Part shown: piece by piece, positions 1 through 12,333 of the stretch | Layout of the letters: each line of letters begins with the position of its first letter | How positions within the stretch are numbered: the first letter of the stretch is position 1 | Assembly: GCA_002269645.1 (NCBI GenBank) | Contig: NIVC01000983.1 | Location: 186,001 to 250,000 of the forward strand | Reading direction: 5' to 3' | DNA length: 64,000 bases | Source of the DNA: Macrostomum lignano | Taxonomy: Eukaryota | Program-made: the position numbers and the translations under genes | Notes under the pieces: model-generated | Database searches by the model: none | What the model was told of the DNA's origin: nothing | Seen by the model: only the letters and a program-made list of their open reading frames with translations

Positions 1-300
1 TATCCAAATCCCATAGATTAATATCCCAAACTTATAGATTAATATCCCGATCCCATAAATAAATATCCCAATCCTATGGATTAATATCCCAATCCCATAG
101 ATTAACATCCCAATCCCATGGATTAATATCCCAATCCCATAGATTAATATCCCGATCCCATAGATAAACATCCCAATCCTATGGATTAATATCCCGATTC
201 CATACATAAATATCCCAATCCTATGGATTAATATCCCAATCCCATAGATTAATATCTAAATCCCATAGATTAATATCCCAATACCATAGTTCAACATCCC
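1..300. repeat. ~21-bp minisatellite (ATATCCCAATCCCATAGATTA), truncated by window start
   Basis: About 14 imperfect tandem copies read directly. Confidence 0.9.
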
Positions 301-641
301 AATACCTAGTTGCTTGTGTTAATCCCTCTGCTGCTTATTCAGTGGTAGGCTTTAATTAGGCGAAAAACAATATTAAAACGTGGCCAACTCAGCGCATTAT
401 CTTTCTGTATTTGAACTTTCGCTAACATTTTAAATGTTTATTCGGCATTACTCTTTTAAAAAGTTTTAAAGCTTTTCCTGTTTTTTAAAGCCCAGTTTTT
501 TTGCCACTTGCCAACTCTGCCAAAGCCGTTTAGGAAGATTGTTTTAGTTGAATTAAACTTTTCACTTCTCTCTGTGCAGCTCTGTTTCATTTATCCTACT
601 GTTAGTAGAGCAATAGATATATGTACATTTAACTTGACTTT

Positions 642-1945
642 TCACTCAGAAAGTTCTTAGCCTGAACACGAAAACAGCAACAAATGAACTAAAAAACGAC
701 TACAAGTGCTCAAAATACTCTCCACCGGCATTGATACAGGCTTGCATCCTGTGAAACCAGCTGTCAAAGCACTGCCGCCAATCCTCATCCCGGAGCTCTT
801 CGATGATGTTTTTGAACTCATTCACAGCTTCTTCCGGTGAAGAAAAGACCTGACCCATCAGAATCTCCTTGCACTTCGGAAACAGAAAAAAGTCGCACAG
901 TGCCAGGTCTGGACTATACGCAGGGTGAGTCATCAGCTGGACCCCACAGTCAGCCAGAAACTCAAGAGTTTGAGCCGCCGTGTGCTCGCTGGCGTTGTCG
1001 TGGTGCAGAAGCACCCCGCGCATTCCGCACCTTGGGCGCCTCTGGCTCACAGCAGAAAAGACTTTGGGCAGGCAAACCGTTGTGTACCAGTCAGCGGTGA
1101 CTGTCTGGCGATCTTCAAGTGAAACGGAAGCCACATGCCCAGTGCGCATGAAGAAACAGGCCACCATCTGCTTGCCGACACTCCGGCTGCGTCGAAACTT
1201 GGTGGGGCTGTCCTCGTCTCCAAAGGTCCACATGGCTGACTGGCGCTTGCTTTCGGGGTCGTATTGATAAATCCAGGTCTCATCGCCCGTGAGGATGTCC
1301 CGGATACGCCGGCTGGTCCCAGATTCGAATTTCTGCAGCATGAATCGGCACCAAGCCACCCTGGTGTCCTTCTGCACGTCCGACAGCTGATGGGGGATCC
1401 ACCGGGAAGCCAGCTTCCGCACTCCAAGGTGTTCGTGCAGAATGGCGTGCACACTACCCGATCCAATACCGATCTCCTGCTGGATCTGCTGGTAGGTCAC
1501 TCGCCGGTCAGCGGCAATCATGCTGGACACAGCGCAGATATTTTCTGGAGTCACTGCGTCACAGGGTCTCCCGGATCGATGTTCATCTTCGAGGCTTTCT
1601 CGACCTCGGCGAAACTCAGCGAACCAGTTTTTGACGGTTGCTTATGAAGGACATACATGGGTAAAAACGTTCTGTAAAGTTTGATACGATTCGGTCGGCG
1701 ACTTGCCTTGCTTGAAGTGCAAGTAAATCATTGCTCTGAAGTCGCGATTTTCCAGCTTCATTGTTGAATTGAAGAACTCAGGGGGTGAACTGACTTTAAC
1801 TCGCTGCAGTGGACTCAAAAGTGGCTGCTTCTGTTTGAAATTTTTGTTGCAATACTTTTAAAAGTTGGTCTTTACCATAGACAAATTTCATGCTTCTACG
1901 TCTCGTGGATCCTACTCAGGCTAAAGACTTTCTGAGTGACCCTCG
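642..1945 (-). mobile_element. mariner (DD34D) DNA transposon, defective
   Basis: TIR TCACTCAGAAAGTTCTTAGCCTGA (642-665) matches the reverse complement of 1916-1939 with 2 mismatches. The right end continues CCCTCG (to 1945) followed by TA. The left end lacks these outer bases. A transposase lies inside. Confidence 0.92.
700..1761 (-). pseudogene. mariner transposase, 353 codons, one in-frame TAA at codon 40 (1644-1642)
   Basis: ATG at 1761 gives MKLENRDFRAMIYLHFKQGKSPTESYQTLQNVFTHVCPS*ATVKNWFAEFRRGRESLEDEHRSGRP, in frame with ORF 700..1554. Motifs TGDETW, HHDNA and YSPDLALCDF are present, with 34 residues between the 2nd and 3rd Asp. Confidence 0.92.
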
Positions 1946-2631
1946 TACCCTATTAACCAAAGACAAGTCTGTAAATGCATTGAATATTCCTCCTCTGTGC
2001 CTGTTAAGTAGCGGACATCGAATTGGCATGAAGCATTTGTACTCGTAGCTATCAATAATAATATGTTTAACTTACAGGTAACTTTTATTAGTTTATGGCA
2101 TATAGCATTTTGCTCATTTCACACTACTAATAGTATAATTGCCATCAGCGCCTGTCCATCTCTCAGCTGACTACACACCGCTGCTGTCTATCTGCTTTTA
2201 AGCTTCAATATCTTTGTTGTTACTTTACTAAACCATTAGTAAGTACTAATTAATAACTATTAATATCACCGTTGTTACATATGTAATCTGCTATAATCCT
2301 ACACTATTGGTGCCGTACTTTGTGAGCTGTGCCAACTCTTCTTATCTCATTAGTTATCTTCATCAACTTCCTTATTAATTTCGGACTTGGTTTTTTATTT
2401 ACTCCAAATTGCACGCGCTGCTCACTCAATACTACTGATACTAGTAAAAATGCACGATTAATATTCATATTACTATTCCAGTTTTTTATTTTTTAATACA
2501 CACGACAACTTGGTTCTCATTGCCTCGATTCTGTTTTTGCCAGAATTTGTCTTGCTTTGCTGCCATTTTTATTGCCATTTTTACCTTGCGTTTAAGTCGT
2601 TTTATGAGTTCAATCTTCTGTGTCTTAGATA

Positions 2632-3045
2632 GGTCTCTATGAGAATCGCCTATCTCTCAACTCGGTCTCTATGAGAATCGCTTATCTCTCAGCTTGGTCT
2701 CTATGAGAATCGCTTATCTCCCAACTCGGTCTCTATGAGAATCGCTTATCTCTCAACTTGGTCTCTATGAGAATCGCTTATCTCTCAGCTTGGTCTCTAT
2801 GAGAATCGCCTATCTCTCAGTTTGGTCTCTATGAGAATCGCTTATCTCTCAACTTGGTCTCTATGAGAATCGCTTATCTCTTAACTTGGTCTCTATGAGA
2901 ATCGCTTATCTCTCAACACGGTCTCTATGAGAATCGCTCATCTCTCAACTTGGTCTCTATGAGAATCGCTTATCTCTTAACTTGGTCTCTATGGGAATCA
3001 CTTATCTCTCAACTTGGTCTCTATGAGCATCGCTTATTTCCCAAC
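2632..3045. repeat. 32-bp minisatellite (GGTCTCTATGAGAATCGCTTATCTCTCAACTT), ~13 copies
   Basis: Direct reading. The array ends just before the splice acceptor at 3061. Confidence 0.92.
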
Positions 3046-3061
3046 TATTTGCCATCTTCAG

Positions 3062-6000
3062 CCTCCAGAGGAAGCCTCATCGGAGGCGCACGCCCTGTGC
3101 GTTCAGATCGACCAAATACGGGCCGGCATTCTGTCCGTCAGGGCGTCGCTCCGTCTGCCGCTGATTCTGTACCTGCAGGACACCGTCAACCTCATTGTCG
3201 ACAATGACAGAGTCTCCCAAGTACCCTTCCGCGGCGGCAGCGGTGGCTGTTCGGTTTCTAGGCAACCGTCAAAAACCGTAAACAGTTGCCATAGCAACGA
3301 AGACAATGGTGTCGACAATGTCGATGACGGCGACGATGTTCGAGATGCCGAGGTCGGAAACGCCGCGGCAACGTCGGCGGCCATGACGATCAGATCAGCT
3401 GCTCAGCCTGCGGTCGACAACGGCGAAGACGTTAGCGGCCACGTCGACGAAGACGAAGTCGGTGTTGTCGAGGAAGGCGTTGACGACGACGATGATGATG
3501 ATGATGACGTCAGCGGCGTCAAGTTGTGTCCGCTGGGCGACCTGAGCATCGCCGATTTTAACGATCTGGTAGCCGTTTTGTGAAACCTGTTTTTGTAGGG
3601 CTGGTGAATTATTCTAGTCTGTATCTGTCTGTCTGTCTGTCTGCCTGTCTGTCTGTCTGCAGGTCCCAAATCGTCCTATTAACCCTGCAGATTGCCGACG
3701 ATCCCGAAGACGTCCTCTGCGCTGAAGTCCCCGAGCAGCTGTCCGTCCGCGCTGGTCAGCGAAGCCCTCTGCAGCAGCAGCAGCAGCAGCAGCAGCAAGA
3801 CCAATCCTCACAGCACCATCATCTGGCATCAGCCTCTCAGCTCCCTCCGCCGCCGCCTCCTCCGCCAAGGCAGTCGCTGCCTCCGCCAGCGCAGTCGTCG
3901 ACATCGCCAGCAACAACGGAGTCGAACAGGATGCCTGTAGGTTCAACCATGCAGTCCTGCTCCGTCACACAGCAGCAGCAGCCGCAGCAGCATCTGATGC
4001 TGTCCATGGTGGTTGATGCAGACGAGTCCAACTCGTCGGCCCCACCGCTCTCGAATTTACTAGGCGTCGGTGGCGGCGTCGGCAGCAGTAGCGGCGTCGC
4101 TGTCCCAGTTGCTGACGGCGTCGGCAGCGTAAGCGGCGGCGCAGCTGGCACTGCTGCTGCTGCTGGCAACAAGTGCATGCGGCCGAAGCGGAAAAGCCAG
4201 CGGCCAGTCAAGCTCGACCAGGAGTCGGTGGACGGCGGCGGCGGTGGCAACTCTTCGCTGCCACTGTCGGCATCGGCAGGCCCTGCCGCGGCCAGCGCGG
4301 GAATCGAGCCGGCGACTTCGCTGACTATCGCCTCCGCCGCTGCCTCCTCGACCGACTCCACCGTCGCCAATGCAGTCAACGCCGCCGCCGGCTTCAGCTT
4401 CGACGACGAGGATGAGGAGGAGGATGACGCGGAACTGGCGTGTCCGGTGTGCCTGGCCGAGCAGCAGCCCGCCTTCTCCACCTGGTCGGCCTACCTGTCG
4501 CACCTTGCCGGCCACGGCACCGTCGGCGGAGCCAGCTGCCGCGCCTGTCGGGGTACATTTGCCAATCGGGCCACTCTGCTAGCTCACGAGTGCCTATCGG
4601 CTTCCGCCTCTTCGCCCGGACACCGGCTGGCCAGGGCCGGCTACTTTGTCGGCCGGAGCTGCCCGATCTGCCTGCGGCATTTCGAGGAGCGGGCTCGGTT
4701 TATTAACCATTCGAAACGCGCTCACAAGGCTAAAGGCGCTGCTAGCCGGGGCGTCGTCGCTGCCGGCAGTACAAGTCGGTGAGTAGTAGTACAAGTAGTA
4801 GTATAGTTGGAAAATTCTGCCTCAGCTGTGATGGGGATTCCGCAGAAATTCCGCCGTCTACAAATTAAAAGTATTCTTTGATAATACTTTTGAAGTGTAC
4901 CAGAATGTACAGTAAAATGTCTACTAGAAAGCATGTACACAGCCAATCAGCAGCTAGGCCACATGTACACAGCCAATCAGCAACTAGGCCACATGTACAC
5001 AGCCAATCAGCAGCTAGGCCAAATGTACACAGCCAATCAGCAGCTAGGCCAAATGTACACAGCCAATCAGCAGCTAGGCCACATGTACACAGCCAATCAG
5101 CAGCTAGGCCACATGTACACAGCCAATCAGCAGGTAGGCCACATGCACACAGCCAATCAGCAGGTAGGCCACATGTACACCGCCAATCAGCAACTAGGCC
5201 ACATGTACACAGCCAATCAGCAGCTAGGCCACATGTACACAGCCAATCAGCAGCTAGGCCACATGTACACAGCCAATCAGAACCCGTTCCCCTCCCACAG
5301 CTGCGCCCTCTGCCACAACAGCGAGCGCGTATTCCAGTCCGCTGACGAGCTGAGCACCCACCTGCGCATGGCGCATAACAAATTCGCCTGCAGCCTGTGC
5401 TGCAAGCCGGTGGCCACGGAGGCCGCTCTGCAGGCACACCTCAAAGCCATCCACGCTAACGCTGTGTCTCGCTGCCAGCACTGCGCCCTGGTGTTCGGCC
5501 TGGAGCGCGAGCTGCGCGATCACGTGGCTTTGAAGCACTCGCTCCGGTGTCCGCACTGCGGCCTGGCAGTGCAGAAGAAAGGCCAGTTGCTCAGCCACCT
5601 GCGCCTTGCCCACGGCATTCGTCGCCTGCCCGGCCTTGTCGGCGTCTCCGGCGGTCCCAAGTCGATCAGCTCCGCCGCCGCTGTCGCAGCCTCGGCTTTT
5701 CATTGTTCAGTCTGCGCTCGGTCGTTCGCTAGCCGTCAGGCTCTGCAGCTGCACAAGCAGCAGAAGCACAGCAGCCTGGCTCTGGGCGTTGGTGGACAGG
5801 TTCGTGTCAGGCCTGGGGTGTTCGGGTTTCCATTTTTTCGGGTTCGGGGTAGAACCCGAACTTGAAGCTCTAACCCCGAACCCGACCCGAACACCCTACT
5901 CGAACCCGAACCCGACCCGGACCCAAAACCCGACCCGAATCTCCCCTTGAACAGATCCCAGAATCTCCTCTTGAACAGATCCCAGAATCTCCCCTTGATC

Positions 6001-8312
6001 AGATCCCAGAATCTCCCCTTGATCAGATCCCAGAATCTCCCCTTGATCAGATCCCAGAATCTCCCATTGAACAGATCCCAGAATCTCCCCTTGAACAGAT
6101 CCCAGAATCTCCCCTTGAACAGATCCCAGAATCTCCCCTTGAACAGATCCCAGAATCTCCCCTTGAACAGATCCCAGAATCTCCCCTTGAACAGATCCAA
6201 TCCCCGACTACTCACCCGCTCTCGCCATCTGTGTCCAGGAGAAGCAGAAGCATCGCCGATCAAAGCAGCAGCGGCAACAGCAGAAGCAGCCCCGCCGCTG
6301 CCCGGTGTGCGCCAAGGTGTTCCGCGCCTCCAGCAGCCTGCACCGCCACCAGAAGCTGCACCAATCGCCCGAGAACCGGCGCAGCCACGCGTGCCCGCAC
6401 TGCCCCTACGCCACGCACGATCCTACAAACTACGCGCGGCACCTCATCCGGCACACGGATCAGCGCCGCTACGCCTGTCCTCAGTGCCCCAAACGATTCC
6501 TATGCAAAAAGTCGCTCAGCGATCACCTATTGTTTAAACACTCCGAGACGCGTTCGTTTCCTTGCGAACAGTGCGGCGCTGCGTTTAAAACGCGCGGGAC
6601 ACTGTTGCGCCATCTGCGCGAGCACGGCCCGCCGGCCTTGCGCAAGCGGCACCAGTGCGACCTGTGCGGCAACCGGTTTGTCCGGCTGTACAATTTGAAA
6701 CGGCACTGCGCCTATGCGCATAAAACTAATGACGGGGCTGGCGCCAATGATGGCGACCAGATTGCCCAGCTGGTGAGCGTGGGCGGGGATGGGAGAAGCT
6801 TTGGGGGATAAGCAGGGAGAGACAGGAGAGGAGAGACAGGGGAGGAGAGACAGGAGAGGAGAGACAGGGGAGGAGAGACCTGGGTGGAGAGACATGGGAG
6901 GAGAGACATGGGTGGAGAGACAGGGGATGAGAGACAGGGGAGGAGAGACAGGGGAGGAGAGACAGGGCAGGAGAGACAGTGGAGGAGAGACAGGGGAGGA
7001 GAGACAGGGGAGGAGAGACAGGGGTGGAGAGACAGGGGTGGAGAGACAGGGGAGGAGAGACAGGGGTGGAGAGACAGGGGTGGAGAGACAGGAGAGGAGA
7101 GACAGGGGAGGAGAGACACAGGAGGAGAGACAGGGGAGGAGAGACAGGGGAGGAGAGACAGGGGTGGAGAGACGGGAGGAGAGACACAGGAGGACAGTCG
7201 GGGAGGAGAGACAGTGGTGGAGAGACAGGGGTGGAGAGACAGGGGTGGAGAGACAGGGGAGGAGAGACACAGGAGGACAGTCGGGGAGGAGAGACAGGGG
7301 AGGAGAGACAGGGGTGGAGAGACAGGGGAGGAGTGAAAGCAAAGGACAGACAGGAGAGGAGTGAAAGCAAAGGACAGACAGGAGAGGAGTGAAAGCAAAG
7401 GACAGACAGGAGAGGAGTGAAAGCAAAGGACAGACAGGAGAGGAGTGAAAGCAAAGGACAGACAGGAGAGGAGTGAAAGCAAAGGACAGACAGGAGAGGA
7501 GTGAAAGCAAAGGACAGACAGGAGAGGAGTGAAAGCAAAGGACAGACAGGGGAAAAAACAGGGAGACCCTAACTATTTATCACACGAGTCCCTGCAACGG
7601 CCTCCCCTCCCCGCAGTCCGTGCCGCAGCTGCTAGTGGTGGAGGAGTCTGTGGCAGCAGCCGCGGCGGCAGATGCGGCCGAGGACGCGGCAGCGAAGTCA
7701 ATCCTGGACAGCCTGGTGTCCGCGGCGCCGATCGGCATGAGCTCTGCCGACATTGACTGCAAACCGGTGGCCGTTTCAACAACCCTATCGGCGCTGACGG
7801 TGGACCACCTGCAGCCGCAGCATCACCAGCATCAACAGCAGTCCGCTGGAATTTGGCGTCCAGCTGCTGCGGTGTCCCAGCCTCCGCCAGAATCAGCAGC
7901 TTCATCCGGGATTCGCCCGACCAATCCGAGCCAGCATCAGCAGCAGCCGCATCATCACCAAAGCCTGTTAGACGAAATTCTCTGGGGCAACCCGAGCATG
8001 TCCAGCGGCTCCGCCCACGTTGTCGACTGCTGCCAGCCCGCCTCCGTGATCGTCACCTCCTCAGCTTCTCAGCATCATCATCACGCCCATCAGCAGCAGC
8101 ATCATCAGCAGCAGCAACAGCAGCAGGATCCTTGGACAGTCCAGCAGGTGAGCTTCGCTAGCGACTGTCCAAGCCCGCCTTATGCCATGGCCTCTCATCA
8201 CCAGCAGCAGCAACAGCATCACCAACAACAACAACAGCAGCAGCACCAGCAGCAGCAAGTTGTTTCTTCCGATTTCTCCGTTGGCTACTTGATAGGCGAC
8301 TCGTCCCGATAA
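3062..8312 (+). CDS. multi-C2H2 zinc-finger protein (13 fingers, acidic and poly-Q regions); 5' end uncertain
   Basis: Exons 3062-3568, 3691-4778, 5301-5799, 6239-6772, 7617-8312 (TAA). All introns are GT-AG with compatible phases (0,2,0,0). Thirteen CxxC...H...H/C units, e.g. CPVCAKVFRASSSLHRHQKLH and CEQCGAAFKTRGTLLRHLREH. The first visible exon starts at an acceptor (TTCAG, 3061); the first in-frame ATG is at 3383. Confidence 0.85.
3254..3298. promoter_or_regulatory. pair of RFX X-box motifs (GTTTCTAGGCAAC 3254-3266; GTTGCCATAGCAAC 3285-3298)
   Basis: Both match the RFX consensus GTNRCC(N0-3)RGYAAC or a close variant. Motif match only. Confidence 0.45.
4932..5280. repeat. 30-bp intronic minisatellite (CATGTACACAGCCAATCAGCAGCTAGGCCA), 12 copies
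   Basis: Direct reading. It lies in zinc-finger gene intron 4779-5300. Confidence 0.95.
5940..6200. repeat. 24-bp intronic minisatellite (CTCCCCTTGAACAGATCCCAGAAT), ~11 copies
   Basis: Direct reading. Intron 5800-6238. Confidence 0.95.
6800..7560. repeat. purine-rich intronic minisatellite (GGGGAGGAGAGACA-type, then 28-bp GTGAAAGCAAAGGACAGACAGGAGAGGA)
   Basis: Direct reading. Intron 6773-7616. Confidence 0.92.
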
Positions 8313-8509
8313 ATGAACCTAACTCGGCATTGTATTCGCTTAGCATTGTGTAAAAATTTGATTGCATAGATTGTGAAATAATTCCGTTTCTTAAATATAC
8401 AGCGGACGTATTTATTTAAAAAAATAGCAATCTTATTGCTCAGGGCAATCATTTTGTTGTTCTCAAAATGCAACATTTTTGCTACCCGATCTGCTTTGCC
8501 TCTGCTGGT

Positions 8510-9845
8510 AGTCATTTCACGGATATGACCATCCGCACAACTGGTCAATTCACGGATATGACCATCCGCACAACTGGTCACTTCACGGATATGACCATCC
8601 GCACAACTGGTCACTTCCCGGATATGACCATCCGCACAACTGGTCACTTCCCGGATATGACCATCCGCACAACTGGTCACTCCACAGTGATGACTATCCA
8701 CACAAGTAGTCACTCCACAGTGATGACTGTTCACACAAGTAGTCCCTCCACAGTGATGACTATCCACACAACTAGTCACTCCACAGTGATGACTATCCAC
8801 ACGAGTAGTCACTCTACAGTGATGACTGTTCACACAAGTAGTCACTCCACAGTGATGACTGTTCACACAAGTAGTCACTCCACAGTGATGGCTGTTCACA
8901 CAACTAGTCACTCCACAGTGATGACTGTTCACACAAGTAGTCACTCCACAGTGATGACTGTTCACACAAGTAGTCACTCCACAGTGATGACTGTTCACAC
9001 AACTAGTCACTCCACAGTGATGACTGTTCACTCAAGTAGTCACTCCACAGTGATGACTGTTCACACAAGTAGTCACTCCACAGTGATGACTGTTCACACA
9101 AGTAGTCCCTCCACAGTGATGACTGTTCACTCAAGTAGTCACTCCACAGTGATGACTGTTCACACAAGTAGTCACTCCACAGTGATGACTGTTCACACAA
9201 GTAGTCACTCCACAGTGATGACTGTTCACTCAAGTAGTCACTCCACAGTGATGACTGTTCACACAAGGAGTCACTCCACAGTGATGACTGTTCACACAAG
9301 GAGTCACTCCACAGTGATGACTGTTCACACAAGTAGTCACTCCACAGTGATGACTGTTCACACAAGTAGTCACTCCACAGTGATGACTGTTCACTCAAGT
9401 AGTCACTCCACAGTGATGACTGTTCACTCAAGTAGTCACTCCACAGTGATGACTGTTCACACAAGTAGTCACTCCACAGTGATGACTGTTCACTCAAGTA
9501 GTCACTCCACAGTGATGACTGTTCACACAAGTGATGACTATCCACACGAGTAGTCACTCCACAGTGATGACTGTAGTCACTCCACAGTGATGGTAGTCAC
9601 TCCACAGTGATGACTGTTCACACAAGTAGTCACTCCACAGTGATGACTGTTCACACAAGTAGTCACTCCACAGTGATGACTGTTCACTCAAGTAGTCACT
9701 CCACAGTGATGACTGTTCACACAAGGAGTCACTCCACAGTGATGACTGTTCACACAAGGAGTCACTCCACAGTGATGACTGTTCACACAAGTAGTCACTC
9801 CACAGTGATGACTGTTCACACAAGTAGTCACTTCACAGTGATTAC
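8510..9845. repeat. 33-bp minisatellite (GTCACTCCACAGTGATGACTGTTCACACAAGTA), ~40 copies
   Basis: Direct reading. It explains the periodic ORFs 8285..9031 and 8468..9553. Confidence 0.95.
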
Positions 9846-10229
9846 TATCCCCTAAACCCAAACTCACGAATCGTACAGCTGCTCACAGCCAATGAGCGCT
9901 CGAGCTGTCAAACAAAGTCATTATTCGTCGAGCGGACGGCTGAGGCTGACATTAATATAAGAAAAGACACGGACATGGTCGGAGTGCAGTCCGATCTTGT
10001 CTTATTGCCTGCTTTTTTAGTGAAATCCTATCCTATCTTCAACTGCTGCTAGGCTTGGTTTTCTAATCACGGGTGAGTCGCTCGTGTTCATCTGCTTTGA
10101 GTCTGAGCTCAAATGGCCTGTCTCTAATTAGCTCAGGTATCCAGGCTATTAGTTCTGATTTATTGTCTCCCGTTGAAGCTATTGGGCGGACCTTTCCATG
10201 CAGCATCTAAAACGAACTGCGAGCCAATG

Positions 10230-11245
10230 TGATATAATCTTTGACTCAATCTTCAATCTCAGATTATAAGGCCCAGAATCTCAAACTCATAATCTTTGAC
10301 TCAATCTTCAATCTCAGATTATAAGGCCCAGAATCTCAAACTCATAATCTTTGACTCAATCTTCAATCTCAGATTATAAGGCCCAGAATCACAAACTCAT
10401 AATCTTTGACTCAATCTTCAATCTCAGATTATAAGGCCCAGAATCTCAAACTCATAATCTTTGACTCAATCTTCAATCTCAGATTATAAGGCCCAGAATC
10501 ACAAACTCATAATCTTTGACTCAATCTTCAATCTCAGATTATAAGGCCCAGAATCTCAAACTCATAATCTTTGACTCAATCTTCAATCTCAGATTATAAG
10601 GCCCAGAATCTCAAACTCATAATCTTTGACTCAATCTTCAATCTCAGATTATAAGGCCCAGAATCTCAAACTCATAATCTTTGACTCAATCTTCAATCTC
10701 AGATTATAAGGCCCAGAATCTCAAACTCATAATCTTTGACTCAATCTTCAATCTCAGATTATAAGGCCCAGAATCTCAAACTCATAATCTTTGACTCAGC
10801 ATCTCAGACTCGTGAATAGATTCAGCATCTCAAACTCAATCTTAGACTCCGCATCTCAGACTCATAATTAGACGCAGCATCTGAGGCTCATTATCTTTAG
10901 ACTCAGAATCTCAGACTCAATTGGACTCAGCATCTCAGACTCATAATCTTTGACTCAGCATCTCAGACTCATAATCTTTGACTCAGCATCTCAGACTCAT
11001 AATCTTTGACTCAGCATCTCAGACTCATAATCTTTGACTCAGCATCTCAGACTCATAATCTTTGACTCAGCATCTCAGACTCATAATCTTTGACTCAGCA
11101 TCTCAGACTCATAATCTTTGACTCAGCATCTCAGACTCATAATCTTTGACTCAGCATCTCAGACTCATAATCTTTGACTCAGCATCTCAGACTCATAATT
11201 AGACTCAGCATCTCAGACTCAATTAGACTCAGCATCTCAGACTCA
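10230..11245. repeat. compound minisatellite: 55-bp units (10230-10800) followed by related 28-bp units
   Basis: Both unit types begin ATAATCTTTGACTCA. Direct reading. Confidence 0.92.
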
Positions 11246-11731
11246 GAAATGCACATGCGTATTTAAATACAAAGACCTGCATTTTTACACACAATACGCA
11301 GGCTTCTTTCCTGCAGAAGCTGTTCCTGGTCTGTTTTACCGAAACCTGAGGCCAGTGTTGAGATAGGTGTACATGTAAGTCTCCTATCCAATATTTTAGC
11401 CTAGAGGCAGCTTATATATTATCAAAAATTCTAAGGCAAAAATTAAATTACCTTGCTCAGAGAGCTCTCGATTCTCTTTTGAGTCGACAGCAGCGAAGCG
11501 TGATCAGCTTTGCCGCTCAGGGTTTTACAGGCTATGCGGAATGCTACAATATCATATTGACCGCAGTTGGTTCTTTATTTGAGATGGGGGGCATTGGTTA
11601 GTGCATGTCTTCAGTATATGGATCAGATAACTGTGTAAAGCGAAAGGTTAATTAGCCAGCTAGCTCACAAGACCAGCTGGTCGACTTATCAAAGATGGGC
11701 CGAGAGAAATTTGTGTTTAGTTTGAGCAAAT

Positions 11732-12050
11732 GTCAGAGGTCCCTGTGTCAGAGGCATGGGAGTCAGAGGTCCCTGTGTCAGAGGCATGGGAGTCAGAGGT
11801 CCCTGTGTCAGAGGCATGGGAGTCAGAGGTCCCTGTGTCAGAGGCATGGGAGTCAGAGGTCCCTGTGTCAGAGGCATGGGAGTCAGAGGTCCCTGTGTCA
11901 GAGGCATGGGAGTCAGAGGTCCCTGTGTCAGAGGCATGGGAGTCAGAGGTCCCTGTGTCAAACATGGGAGTCAGAGGTCTCTGTGTTGATGAAATGGGAG
12001 TCAGAGGTCCCTGTGTTGATGAAATGGGAGTCAGAGGTCCCTGTGTTAAA
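11732..12050. repeat. 30-bp minisatellite (GTCAGAGGTCCCTGTGTCAGAGGCATGGGA)
   Basis: Direct reading. About 8 near-perfect copies plus degenerate ones. Confidence 0.93.
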
Positions 12051-12333
12051 TGTAACTGAAGGCCCAACGCTCAAAAAATTATTTTATTTTTTTGCTGAAA
12101 ATCACAAAATGATCCGATAAACACGAAAAACTGCAAAGCTGAATCAGCAGATCGGATACAAAAAAACATCAAAGACTCCGCCTGAAGTTCAATTCCAATC
12201 TTCTCAGCTAATCCGCTTTGATAGATTAAGCACGCACGTGGCGTTCGAGTCTCATCTGAGCTGTTCGCCTCATCATCTTGAGCAGGGAAACATTCGGGGA
12301 AGGGCGTTTATAACTGGGCCCTGTTTTGAACAG

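Noticed and set aside
8285-9855. Mucin-like Thr/His/Ser ORFs
   Set aside because: Translation of a 33-bp minisatellite downstream of the zinc-finger stop codon.
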